A DNA stretch of 64,000 nucleotides from Methanobacteriota archaeon (GCA_016841485.1 JAENZA010000002.1:30927-94926); one strand, 5' to 3'; shown: positions 48,487 through 57,260, counted from the first letter of the stretch. Numbers and translations are program-made. Notes: generated by a model from the sequence alone, not told the origin.

Positions 48487-49015
48487 ACGTCCGGTTCCAG
48501 GTACGGAGGTTACCTGCGGGCTTGCCCCGGTCATCGGGGATGACCCGGCGGTTCTCGTTCTGGGTAGCAGTCCGAGCGTGATGTCTCTTGAAAAAGGGGA
48601 ATATTACGGCAATCCCCGCAACCACTTCTGGCAGATCATGGAACGCATCGCCGGGGTGCCGGCAGACGAGCCGTACGCCGAACGGATTGCCTCTCTGAAA
48701 CGGCGGCGGATAGCACTCTGGGATGTGCTTGCCACCTGCGAACGGCATGCCAGCTGTGACCAGTCGATACGAAATCCCCGTGCCAATGACATTGCGGGTC
48801 TCCTGGAGGATCACCCGACCATCGTCTGCATTGCCCTGAACGGGAAGGTGGGGGCAACACGGTGGATGCGCCAGCTCCTCCCCGGTGTCATGAACCGGAC
48901 GGATATCAGGATCGTGAGTCTGCCCTCGTCGAGTCCGGCAAATGCACGCCTGAGCCTGGAAGAAAAGGCAGCGGCATGGGCCAGGATAATGACGTGCATT
49001 GAAGAAGAAAAATAG
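48464..49015 (+). CDS. UDG-superfamily glycosylase, hypoxanthine-DNA glycosylase-like (family 6-like)
   Basis: VLVLGSSPSVMSLEKGEYYGNPRNHFWQIM, PSSSPANA. Pattern as I recall it for DNA-deoxyinosine glycosylases. Confidence 0.7.
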   Translation: MSGMMRSRRPVPGTEVTCGLAPVIGDDPAVLVLGSSPSVMSLEKGEYYGNPRNHFWQIMERIAGVPADEPYAERIASLKRRRIALWDVLATCERHASCDQSIRNPRANDIAGLLEDHPTIVCIALNGKVGATRWMRQLLPGVMNRTDIRIVSLPSSSPANARLSLEEKAAAWARIMTCIEEEK

Positions 49016-49103
49016 TTATTTTTTGTCCCGAAGAGACGGTCTCCCACATCACCGAGGCTGGAATTGCCATACCTCCTTTCCTGTGGTGCCGGTTTCGCAT
49101 GGA

Positions 49104-49583
49104 TTATCCGGACTGCCGGAGTTCTTCCAGCCGCTGCCTGACCTTCTCCACATGGCCGGTCACTCTGACCTTGGGCCATACCTCGCGTATGATACCGTCG
49201 GGGTCGATGATATAGGTGGAGCGGACGGTTCCCAGAAACTCCCTGCCGTAGAGTTTTTTCGGCTGCCACGCATGATAGGCCTCCAGGACGCGGTGGGCAG
49301 GGTCGGCGAGGAGGAGGACCTTCAGGTCATGTTTTTCAATGAATTTTGTATGGCTTTCGGGAGAGTCGCTGCTGATCCCGATGATCATTGCATCGAGTTC
49401 CTTGAATGCGTCAACCTCTTCAGAAAACCCCTTTGCCTCGAGGGTACATCCGGGGGTGTTGTCACGCGGGTAGAAATAGAGGACAACCCATCTGCCCCTG
49501 AATGTGGGCAGGCATATCTCTGTCCCCTTTGCATCTGGCAGGCAGAAGTCCGGTGCCGGTGTTCCGGGCGCTAGCATCTCCAT
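49104..49583 (-). CDS. bcp: Thiol peroxidase / peroxiredoxin Bcp
   Basis: APDFCLPD...VVLYFYPRDNTPGCTLEA. Confidence 0.88.
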   Translation of the reverse strand: MEMLAPGTPAPDFCLPDAKGTEICLPTFRGRWVVLYFYPRDNTPGCTLEAKGFSEEVDAFKELDAMIIGISSDSPESHTKFIEKHDLKVLLLADPAHRVLEAYHAWQPKKLYGREFLGTVRSTYIIDPDGIIREVWPKVRVTGHVEKVRQRLEELRQSG

Positions 49584-49708
49584 GGCATATCACGTTGCGA
49601 AATCTCTGTGTATCTATTTAATATGATGGGGAGGGGGCAGAAGGGCCGGTGGTGGGAAACAGAAGAAATTCCTGACGGATGCGGCTCACGGGAAAAAGAG
49701 GAGCTGGA

Positions 49709-50266
49709 TTATTGGATTTCATTAAATTTGGGGATCATTTTATCGATTGCTCGTTTCACATCCTCGATCATCTTTCCGCCGGTCAGGATGATCTTGCCGG
49801 AAGAGAAGATCAGGAGCACGATATTGGGATCCTTGAGCCGGTACACCAGGCCCGGAAACTGTTCAGGTTCATACTCGATATTTTCCAGGTTGAAGGTAAG
49901 CATCATTTTGTTGAGGTTGATCTTTTTTCCGGTATCATAGGAGCAGACCATATTGGTGATGGCTACCTGGGGGGATTCGATTAACGTGGCACCCTGGGCC
50001 TCTAATCGGGACATCAGTGTCGCAAGCCCACGGTGAAACTCCTCGTTGGTACGGATGCCGGTAAGGACGATCTTTCCCGAAGAAAAGAGCAGGGCAACGA
50101 TCTTCGGGTCCGTAATATGGTAGACTGCCCCGGGAAATCTCTTCTTGTCAAGGGTGCAGGTATCCAGGTGCGAGGAGATGTATTCGATATCGAGTGCATC
50201 GGCAATCTTCCCAGAAGCCACAATATTTTCAATCTTCAGTGATGCGTATGAGTGCTCAGGCTTCAT
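49709..50266 (-). CDS. tbp: TATA-box binding protein
   Basis: Two direct repeats (IENIVASG...FPGAVYHI...LLFSSGKIVLTG and ITNMVCSY...FPGLVYRL...LIFSSGKIILTG). Confidence 0.93.
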   Translation of the reverse strand: MKPEHSYASLKIENIVASGKIADALDIEYISSHLDTCTLDKKRFPGAVYHITDPKIVALLFSSGKIVLTGIRTNEEFHRGLATLMSRLEAQGATLIESPQVAITNMVCSYDTGKKINLNKMMLTFNLENIEYEPEQFPGLVYRLKDPNIVLLIFSSGKIILTGGKMIEDVKRAIDKMIPKFNEIQ

Positions 50267-50432
50267 TAACCACTATTTTACGTTTTTGGACGATAACAAT
50301 AACGGGATAGATTTATCGTTTTCGGAGAATTGCGGGTGCGGTCGGTCGTTCTAAACCGACCGTGATGGCTGTTCTGTGATGGTGGACGGAGAAGGCATAT
50401 GTTCAGGTATCGTGCACTTCCTTTTCCAACAG

Positions 50433-50964
50433 CTACCGCCGCACGTGGTACCCCGATGCCATGAGCATGCTGATGACGACGTCATCCCACTCCTTGTCAT
50501 CAAGCCCGTTCAGTGTCGGCTTCACCTGCTCCCAGAGCCGCCCGAGTGCGGCACTATCGGAAAGGAAGGTGCGCTGGTACAGTACACGCCCGGCCCGCCG
50601 CCCCTCTGCATCAAGAATGAGGAGGCGCCAGCAGCAATAATCACGACAGATGGAAGGGCGGGTCAGATGGACCGTGCACCACGCCTTTCCGTTTTCCTGG
50701 TCAAACCTCAGAAAGGGGCATGCTTCCGGAAGATTGTCGAGACTGCTCCTGTCTTCATAGAGGGCAATCTTGTCCGGATCAACCCGTACTTCCTTCACTT
50801 CTCCGGTATAGTAGTTGTATATGACATATGTGTAGTCGCCGCGGTCTTCCGTGATGGCGTGGACGAGCTGCATGTGGCTGCAGCAGTTGCCGCACTGGGT
50901 GCATTCACAGGCGATGGCGGTGCACCCCCCGGACCCTGTACCCCCGGCGTGTAGGGATAATCAT
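50433..50964 (-). pseudogene. YkgJ-family Cys-cluster (zinc/iron-chelating) protein gene, apparently frameshifted near its 5' end
   Basis: The track ORF 50433..50873 carries CPFL...C.VH..RP..CR.Y. The N-terminal family motif CTQCGNCC lies in frame just upstream (50880-50924), with no ATG/GTG/TTG before the stop at 50961. An ATG at 50964 (MIIPTRRGYRVRG) is one frame off, and the frames meet at a C6 run (50925-50930). Confidence 0.55.
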
Positions 50965-51123
50965 TAGCTGGTATTTCTCATCCGGTATGATAAGTTCCGT
51001 GATTTTTTCCTGCCCTGTTTCCGTTGACCTGCCATCCCCCGAACGCTGTTTTGAGATATCTATTGCAGGCAGGATTCTGCTCTCTTGGGAGAACATTAAT
51101 CCCCGTTTGCACCGCTATCCCGT

Positions 51124-51507
51124 TTGGTGGAAATCATGGCGACGATTGTACACTTTGATCTGCCTGCTGACGATCTGAAACGTGCAAAAAACTTCTACTC
51201 CTCCCTCTTTGGGTGGAACTTTGATCTGGCTCCCGGCTATTCGGATTACTATCTTATCGGTACCACTGCCGAGGACGGGTCCCCCGGCATTGGCGGCGGG
51301 ATGGGAAAACGTGGCATGCCGGATCAAAAAATTACCAACTATATCGGGGTATCTTCCGTCGACGCCTCCCTGAATGAAGTGGTCCGTCTCGGCGGTAAGG
51401 TGCTGCTCCCGAAAATGCCAGTACAGAAATTCGGTTATCTGGCTGTCTGCGAGGATACCGAGGGGAACGCATTCGGGCTCTGGGAAGTGGATCCGGAAGC
51501 GGAGTGA
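51124..51507 (+). CDS. VOC-family (glyoxalase/bleomycin-resistance fold) protein
   Basis: IVHFDLPADDLKRAKNFYSSLFGW...GYLAVCEDTEGNAFGLWE. Confidence 0.8.
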   Translation: MVEIMATIVHFDLPADDLKRAKNFYSSLFGWNFDLAPGYSDYYLIGTTAEDGSPGIGGGMGKRGMPDQKITNYIGVSSVDASLNEVVRLGGKVLLPKMPVQKFGYLAVCEDTEGNAFGLWEVDPEAE

Positions 51508-51644
51508 TGGGAAGGAGACGGCGGTGAGGAATTCAAGGGGAGGTCCCCTGCTGGCAACACAATAGAGGACAGAGGATTTTTCCGGTTTTGTGACGGGTGA
51601 TCCCGGGCTGGGAAAAAAGAGGGGAGGCTGATGAGACTTTCGTC

Positions 51645-52169
51645 TCATTGCTTTCGCATTCGGCCGAACACCATCAACGCGACCGCCGCTCCGGCGAGCG
51701 GTGCGAGGAGGGAGAGTGGCGTCTCCGTGGCAGTCGGGGCCGCAGTGGGTACTGCCGTCTGAACCGGCGCGGCCGCCCCGTCGATCACGAGGTCCGGCTC
51801 CTTGTAGGAGAGGCCCATCAGTGCGGTCACCTCCATGATGTTTCCGTCGGGGAGGACACAGACGGCACAGGAGTCGGAGTAGACCCCGGCACAGAGCGCC
51901 GGGTCGGCGATGGTCCTGGTATCATATCCCTGCTGTTCGCAGTAGCCGTACTCGGTGCCCTCTTCTCCCCTGAGAAACTCCCATGCATCGATGCGTGCGC
52001 CGCCGTCGACGACGCAGTACCCGCGATCACCGTTCTCGCCGCTCTCGACGGTGTAGGTATAGTTCAGTCCGTCGCAGTAGACGGCAGCCGGGTTCAGGAG
52101 CGCCGCCGCACCAGGAAGGAGGAGGGCCGCTCCGACCAGAAGGGCGATGATGAGTCGTGAGTGCTTCAT
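51645..52169 (-). CDS. Exported DUF333-domain protein with C-terminal hydrophobic anchor
   Basis: Signal peptide, NPAAVYC...GYCVV.GG (DUF333-like, Cys-rich), Thr/Ala/Pro linker, then C-terminal LLAPLAGAAVALMVFGRMRKQ (TM helix plus basic tail, sorting-signal-like). The ATG overlaps the protease stop (ATGA). Confidence 0.65.
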   Translation of the reverse strand: MKHSRLIIALLVGAALLLPGAAALLNPAAVYCDGLNYTYTVESGENGDRGYCVVDGGARIDAWEFLRGEEGTEYGYCEQQGYDTRTIADPALCAGVYSDSCAVCVLPDGNIMEVTALMGLSYKEPDLVIDGAAAPVQTAVPTAAPTATETPLSLLAPLAGAAVALMVFGRMRKQ

Positions 52170-53677
52170 AAGGTCACCCCCACGCCATTGACCGCGTAGG
52201 CATTGGTCAGGAATTCCTGCCCGATATCACTGTCGTAGGCGATGAACCCGTAGCCGTTGTCTCTCCAGCCGGTCCCCCAGCTGTTCTTGACGATCCATGA
52301 ATTTTGTGCATCATCCCATCCGACAAGCAACACGCAGTGCCACCAGCTGCCGGAACAGACGGCAAGGGGGCCGTTGCAGGCGAGGTTGCGTTTCATCTCC
52401 TGAATGGTACCCGTTGCGGACTGGTAATTTGCGATCGACCAGGTCTGGGGGATATTTGCACAGGGTGTGCAGGTCTGTGGCTGTGAGCAGTGGCCGGCGA
52501 AGTTGCAGACCATTTTCATGTGGCCGGGATCGTCGGGTTTCGGGTCTGCTTCGTGGTGGACGCAGTTCGTGGACGTGTACGGGAAGCATGCCTCGGTGAG
52601 GACGCCGTCATTCTTCAGGTGGTCAAGTACCGCGGTAATGGACCCTCCCATGCAGGACCCCACACTCGCGTAACAGGGCGAGACGTATTCCTGTTCGGCC
52701 AGGTTGATGTTCAGGAGCGAATTCTTCTCGAGGTTGTACTTCGCCTCCATCGCACCGATCGGGGCGTGGGCATAACAGGACCCGCAGACCGCCTGGTCTT
52801 TCACCGGGGTGAGCCAGTTTTTGCCCTTCCACTCCAGGTAATCGAACGCCGCGGGGAGCACCGGGGCGGTGCAGATATTGCAGGGGAGGGGGCAGGTCCC
52901 GCCACAGTCGATGTCGCCTTCGGCGCCTCCCTGGATGCCGTCATCACAGTCGCAGGCATTGCCTTCTCCATCCTTGTCGACGTCTGCCTGGTCAGGGTTG
53001 ATGACCCACTGGCAGTTGTCGCAGGCATCCCCGACCCCGTCCCCGACAACGACCGGGAAACAGGCAGGCGGTGAGTTGATGGAAGGCGGGGGGCCGCACT
53101 GCACCTCGACCTCAGAGTCGATCTGGTCGGAATTCGGGACCGCCGGACAGTTGTCCTGGAAATCATAGACTCCGTCACCGTCCGAATCTTCAAGAGCATC
53201 AATCACCTTGGTAGGGGAGACTTTATAGATCGTCGGGGTCGGGGCAACTGTCTCCATTATTACCGGTGCCATCGTGTACGTGGCGGTCGGTGTCGGCGTG
53301 GCGGTCACCAGCAGGCCCGGGACCTTTGTGGGTGCGGAGGTCGGCGTCGGGGTTGGTGTCCGGGTATAAATGACCCGGGTGATTGGAATTTCCAGCTGTC
53401 CGAAGCAGTACTCAGGGATCATCGTGGTCCGGTCAAGCATGATGTATCCACAGGGCTCATCGTTACACTGCAGATAATTTCCGCGGCCGAATCGTTCAAT
53501 TGCTTCCTCCTCCCGCATACACTCGCACGGCGATGTGCAGGTCGCAAGGGCACTTACGACAGGGATGAGAAGACACAGAATGAGAACGATAGCAGAAACA
53601 TAACGGATGAGATGAGGATACCGGACGCAGGTACCGGGTTCGCTGGTCATTGGTGTTTTCTGAGATTTCAACGTCAT
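52166..53677 (-). CDS. Papain-like (C1 family) cysteine protease with thrombospondin type-3-like Ca-binding repeats
   Basis: N-terminal anchor (VSAIVLILCLLIPVVSALA). TSP3-like DSDGDGVYDFQDNCPAVPNSDQ and GDACDNCQWVINPDQADVDKDGEGNACD. Catalytic motifs QAVCGSCYAH, HCVLLVGW, NSWGTGWRDNGY. Confidence 0.85.
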   Translation of the reverse strand: MTLKSQKTPMTSEPGTCVRYPHLIRYVSAIVLILCLLIPVVSALATCTSPCECMREEEAIERFGRGNYLQCNDEPCGYIMLDRTTMIPEYCFGQLEIPITRVIYTRTPTPTPTSAPTKVPGLLVTATPTPTATYTMAPVIMETVAPTPTIYKVSPTKVIDALEDSDGDGVYDFQDNCPAVPNSDQIDSEVEVQCGPPPSINSPPACFPVVVGDGVGDACDNCQWVINPDQADVDKDGEGNACDCDDGIQGGAEGDIDCGGTCPLPCNICTAPVLPAAFDYLEWKGKNWLTPVKDQAVCGSCYAHAPIGAMEAKYNLEKNSLLNINLAEQEYVSPCYASVGSCMGGSITAVLDHLKNDGVLTEACFPYTSTNCVHHEADPKPDDPGHMKMVCNFAGHCSQPQTCTPCANIPQTWSIANYQSATGTIQEMKRNLACNGPLAVCSGSWWHCVLLVGWDDAQNSWIVKNSWGTGWRDNGYGFIAYDSDIGQEFLTNAYAVNGVGVTL

Positions 53678-53859
53678 TCCTCCAAATAAGGCAATAAATC
53701 ATCCCTACCGGTAAAGTATAAATAATTACCGAGTTTGGGAGCAGGAGAGGGGATTTGATGGAGAAGGAGGGATAATTCAGGATATGAAATCCTTCCTTGC
53801 GGTCCGCCGGAGAGGTGAAATCAGCGAAGGGGAATACACGGCTATCGACGGTTAGATAG

Positions 53860-54453
53860 ATGGCATGTGCCCGGTGGTTTGACCCGGTTCAGACCACCGG
53901 AAAACACCTTAAAGTATCTGACCGGAATATTACCGTGGAGAAGCTGACGAAATCGGATACGACTTTTCTCGTTCTCGTATCATTGATGATTCTCGGCAAA
54001 GGGGTCTGGACCTACTTTGGGGTGGACCACCCGATCGTACAGAACTGGACCGGGACATGGCCGGCGATAATTTTTGCCGCCTTGTTTGGATTTGTTGCGA
54101 TACAACTTGCCGGAAAGACCGGATTTCCGGATATCTGGGATGAAAAAATCCCGAACAAGGAACGGTTGCTGTATCCGGTTCTCCTGGGTGTTGCGTTTGC
54201 TTTTGTAGAAATACTGGTCGGTCTGGCAATGGGCCTGCCCAATATCCATGTCCCGTTCCCGTTTTCCATTCCCGTGTATGTCAGCGGCGGGATATTCCTT
54301 GAGATCCTCTACCATCTCATCCCGGTCGTTTTTCTGACCTGGTTGATTTCCAATGTTCTCCTGAAAGGAAAGCGGCAGGGTGAGGTTTTTGTTCTGGTGG
54401 CGGTCCTTGCAAGCCTGTGGGAACCGGTCATGCAGATCACCGGCATGTACTAG
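53860..54453 (+). CDS. Polytopic membrane protein, N-terminal portion (ends at in-frame TAG)
   Basis: Five or more hydrophobic segments. The ORF stops at TAG 54451-54453, and the same frame continues with more TM-like sequence. Confidence 0.5.
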   Translation: MACARWFDPVQTTGKHLKVSDRNITVEKLTKSDTTFLVLVSLMILGKGVWTYFGVDHPIVQNWTGTWPAIIFAALFGFVAIQLAGKTGFPDIWDEKIPNKERLLYPVLLGVAFAFVEILVGLAMGLPNIHVPFPFSIPVYVSGGIFLEILYHLIPVVFLTWLISNVLLKGKRQGEVFVLVAVLASLWEPVMQITGMY

Positions 54454-54624
54454 ATGGGACTTCTTCCCGGCATGATGGTCGGAGCCGGACTCTTCATCTT
54501 CATATTTGCCGGCAACCTCATCCCCATCACCCTGTTCAGGAAATATGGCTTCCTGGCCCCGGTGATCTGGAGGCTGACGGACTATGGCCTGTGGCACGTG
54601 ATCTGGCCGATGATATACTACTGA
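54454..54624 (+). CDS. 56-aa membrane ORF in the same frame, immediately after the TAG
   Basis: The ATG directly abuts the TAG (tagatg). Translation: MGLLPGMMVGAGLFIFIFAGNLIPITLFRKYGFLAPVIWRLTDYGLWHVIWPMIYY. Looks like the last two helices of the upstream protein. Confidence 0.35.
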   Translation: MGLLPGMMVGAGLFIFIFAGNLIPITLFRKYGFLAPVIWRLTDYGLWHVIWPMIYY

Positions 54625-54895
54625 TCTCTTTTTCTGTTTTTGAACTGATCGGAGGAGATTACGATCAGGTTTCGGTGAGGATGGATCGGTCAGGTTCGTT
54701 GCCCGCCCTGCCGTTATGAATCTCGATAGGATCGGGAGGTCGTCTTCCGGTCCCACCCTCATGGCCTGTGCCTGAAGAATATGGGGGGACTGTTTGTAGT
54801 GGTTCAAAGAAATTCGTATACCGATTGCGTGAATCAGAATACAGGAATACAGGTGGATTGCGTGGTGGTCGGGAGGTTGCCTCAAAAAATGGGAG

Positions 54896-55375
54896 TTATT
54901 TTACCCCATAGGGGATCTGGAGTGTGATCGTTTTGGTGATCACTGCGGCACCCGTTCCTCCCGCCTGGCTCTTTGCCTCATTGTAGCCGATGATGGCACC
55001 GCCATTGATATCGCCGGGGATGGATGCGGACAGCGAGATGCTATCCTCGACGGTGAAGCCGATGTTTCGCTCGCGGAGGTTATAGCCGACGGTGAAGGTC
55101 GTCTTTCCATTCGCTTCCGTCGGACGCTGGAAATTGAATTCACTGCCGTCCTGCATCGCTGTTCCGGTAAACTTGATCGAATTGAATGAGACCGGGACAT
55201 TGGATACAGGAGTTCCGTCCTTGTCGATGACCAGGACTTCGCAGATGGCGGTGACGTGGACGGGCTGATCCTCCGTTGCTTCGGTGATGTCGGTGCAGCC
55301 GCAGACGAGCACGGCTGCGCCGAGCAGGGCGATGCCGAGGAGTATCAGGCGGGATGGTGATGGTTTCATGTGCAT
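54896..55375 (-). CDS. Putative lipoprotein / exported hypothetical protein
   Basis: Signal peptide with lipobox-like LVCGC, followed by a beta-rich 130-aa domain. Confidence 0.55.
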   Translation of the reverse strand: MHMKPSPSRLILLGIALLGAAVLVCGCTDITEATEDQPVHVTAICEVLVIDKDGTPVSNVPVSFNSIKFTGTAMQDGSEFNFQRPTEANGKTTFTVGYNLRERNIGFTVEDSISLSASIPGDINGGAIIGYNEAKSQAGGTGAAVITKTITLQIPYGVK

Positions 55376-55894
55376 ATCTCCGTTATGGGGAATGATGGTC
55401 AGAGACGAATCATTTCGAAGGTCTCGATTATCAAGTCTAGGCGATGTGGGCTATAAATCAATTATGAAATGGTGTTTGGTGTCCGGATTGGAAGAAATCA
55501 TAAAATGGTGATCCGAATCCCGGAACGAATTGTTCGGACAAGGGCCCCCTGAGCAGGATATTCGATCCCCCGTTTGCATAAGAAACGCTTAAATAGGACT
55601 TTATTCCGGGAATTCGGGCCATATAAACAACCGACACAGACGCGAAATGCGGCCGGATCGCACCCTTCCCCTACCCTCAGCACCTCCGGATATTTCCCGC
55701 CAGTACAGGGCTGGTATAACCCTTGGAAATCTCTTTATTCCTCCTGAATTCGCATATATTGGCTTATTTTTTTGAACCCCCAAAATGTCCTGAAAAAACG
55801 CCCTAAATGGCCGTATTTCGGGTCTGTAAAGGGGTGTCCTTTTCTCAGTTTGGAAGCATTATGCTGGTTTGAGGGTAGAATTTCACGTAGTTGA

Positions 55895-56359
55895 AGAGGA
55901 CCGAAAATCGGTGAACCTCCTCGCCCGTTTTCCAAGAAATCCCAGGAAGCCGTTCACCGGCCCTTTACCGATTACCAGTCAGGCGAGATGATGGAAGGGA
56001 CGCGATATTTCAAGTGATTGGGAAAGGCGATTCTCCAATATCTTGACCATCCCGAACACAAGTTTGACGGGGATGTTGGTTTTTTGGAACGGAAGCATAT
56101 TGTCGCGGATGGTGTGATTCACATCGGGAAGGAGGCCAACAGCGTCAGTGAACAGGCTCTTGACGTGAAGAAGCCTCAGGTGTTTGTGAATGAGCGGGAA
56201 CTGAGAGAGTTAATTAAGAATATTTCATATTCAGATTGGAAGAGCATGGGATTTTCAAAAGGTACTCTTCATTATTTGAAGCAGAATGCAAAGAGCGGGA
56301 AGCCGTTTACGATGAAAGCTCATGTTATGGAGAGGATTCAAGGATGGAATAAAATCTGA
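55895..56359 (+). pseudogene. Possible decayed gene: 113-aa TTG-initiated ORF preceded in frame by TGA and about 40 more sense codons
   Basis: The frame reads ...DYQSGEMMEGTRYFK-TGA(56015-56017)-LGKAILQYLDHPEHKFDG... The C-terminus (WKSMGFSKGTLHYLKQNAKSGKPF) is HTH-like. AT-rich context. Confidence 0.3.
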
Positions 56360-56493
56360 AAATATTAAAATTTAATGATGGCCCTCTGCCCCTTGGGATG
56401 TCACTTGACAACAGGAGGGTGAAATGGAATTTTGAGCCCTTCCTTGCTCAACCTCCACGCAGATTCGCCCATTGTGCCGTTCGATGAGACCCC

Positions 56494-56904
56494 TTAATAA
56501 TAGGTATATTCGCTGGGTATCGGTGGTGGTTGATTTGAATAAGAAATCAATATCACTAGAACCAGTATATAGGCAACAGCTAAAAATAGAAGAATTCCAA
56601 GGGCAGTAAGAATCTTATTTTCAATCGGTCTCCCGGCTTTTCGTGCCCGGTAGATCTCCATCACCGAACACCCGAAGGGATACAGAATGATGCTCCAAAT
56701 AGCCAAGTACACTTCATAGAGGATAATAAAAGGGATGAAATACAGGTAATCGATATTGCTGCCGAGATCATATTTAATATACGGTGCCCAGTAGATGAGA
56801 TTCGCCAAAAACAGCCAGATTGCAACCGCGATGCCGATCTTCCACCGATCGGGTCTGAAAAAATCCCATATTGTCATTTTTAACGAGATCAGATTTTGAT
56901 ACAA
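56494..56904 (-). CDS. AT-rich ORFan membrane protein (136 aa)
   Basis: Three or four hydrophobic helices rich in Ile/Leu/Tyr. Its base composition is visibly AT-richer than the flanking genes. Confidence 0.45.
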   Translation of the reverse strand: MYQNLISLKMTIWDFFRPDRWKIGIAVAIWLFLANLIYWAPYIKYDLGSNIDYLYFIPFIILYEVYLAIWSIILYPFGCSVMEIYRARKAGRPIENKILTALGILLFLAVAYILVLVILISYSNQPPPIPSEYTYY

Positions 56905-57042
56905 TAAATGTTGTGTGATTAATCAAATCACCGTGACTTGATCCTCCAATATTAATCAGTATTGAAATTTTTGCCTTTTAATCAGATTAATTAAAAAGTT
57001 GCAGATTAACCAGATAACTATAACCCAAAAAATGCGAGAATA

Positions 57043-57126
57043 TGCGAGGGGAGGGATTCGAACCCGCGAACTTCTACAAGACCGGGCCCTAAACCCGGCG
57101 CCTTTGACCAACTCGGCAACCCTCGC
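57043..57126 (-). tRNA. tRNA-Leu (anticodon UAG), class II with long variable arm
   Basis: Hand-folded. Acceptor GCGAGGG/CCCTCGC, D arm GCC..GGC, anticodon stem CCGGG/CCCGG with loop TTTAGGG, variable arm CTT-GTAG-AAG, T loop TTCGAAT, discriminator A, no encoded CCA. One C-U mismatch in the T stem. Confidence 0.85.
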
Positions 57127-57154
57127 AGGATGCATCATTCTATTTCCCCTTTGC

Positions 57155-57162
57155 AAATTTAA
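57155..57162 (-). promoter_or_regulatory. TATA-like box for tRNA-Leu
   Basis: ttaaattt on the minus strand, about 29-36 nt upstream of the tRNA 5' end. Confidence 0.35.
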
Positions 57163-57202
57163 GTGCTCTCATTGGGACTGATTCATGGACGGTTTTCTGG
57201 AT

Positions 57203-57260
57203 AAATGCCTGTTCAAATGCCTGTTCAAATGCCTGTTCAAATGCCTGTTCAAATGCCTGT
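57203..57260. repeat. Perfect 12-bp tandem repeat (aaatgcctgttc) x 4.8
   Basis: Units at 57203, 57215, 57227 and 57239, plus a partial unit at 57251-57260. Lies between the 3' end of the giant exoprotein gene and the tRNA-Leu promoter. Confidence 0.95.

Noticed and set aside
50376-52160. ORFs 50376..50954 (+), 51115..51648 (-) and 51597..52160 (+)
   Set aside because: Each is antisense to a motif-supported gene (YkgJ-family, VOC and DUF333 respectively).
54451-54453. In-frame TAG read as pyrrolysine
   Set aside because: No pylT/S/B/C/D genes and no methylamine methyltransferase context lie in the window, and the lineage inferred is not one known to me to use Pyl. It is kept only as one hypothesis under the split-gene finding.
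53980-54885. 301-aa minus-strand ORF
   Set aside because: It is antisense to the polytopic membrane gene(s) at 53860-54624. Its composition (His/Arg/Pro/Gln-rich) is not protein-like, whereas the plus-strand frame gives coherent TM helices.
55551-55580. Weak resemblance of gagcaggatattcgatcccccgtttgca to the tRNA-Leu T-arm/acceptor 3' end (possible att duplicate)
   Set aside because: The similarity is patchy. It is also on the opposite strand from the tRNA sense strand, so it cannot be a direct-repeat att site.
56956-57181. ORFs 56956..57156 (-) and 56999..57181 (+)
   Set aside because: Both overlap the well-folding tRNA-Leu gene, so they are spurious.
57203-57260. Possible CRISPR array
   Set aside because: The repeat units are only 12 bp and directly abut one another with no spacers. 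No cas genes lie nearby. It is a simple tandem repeat.
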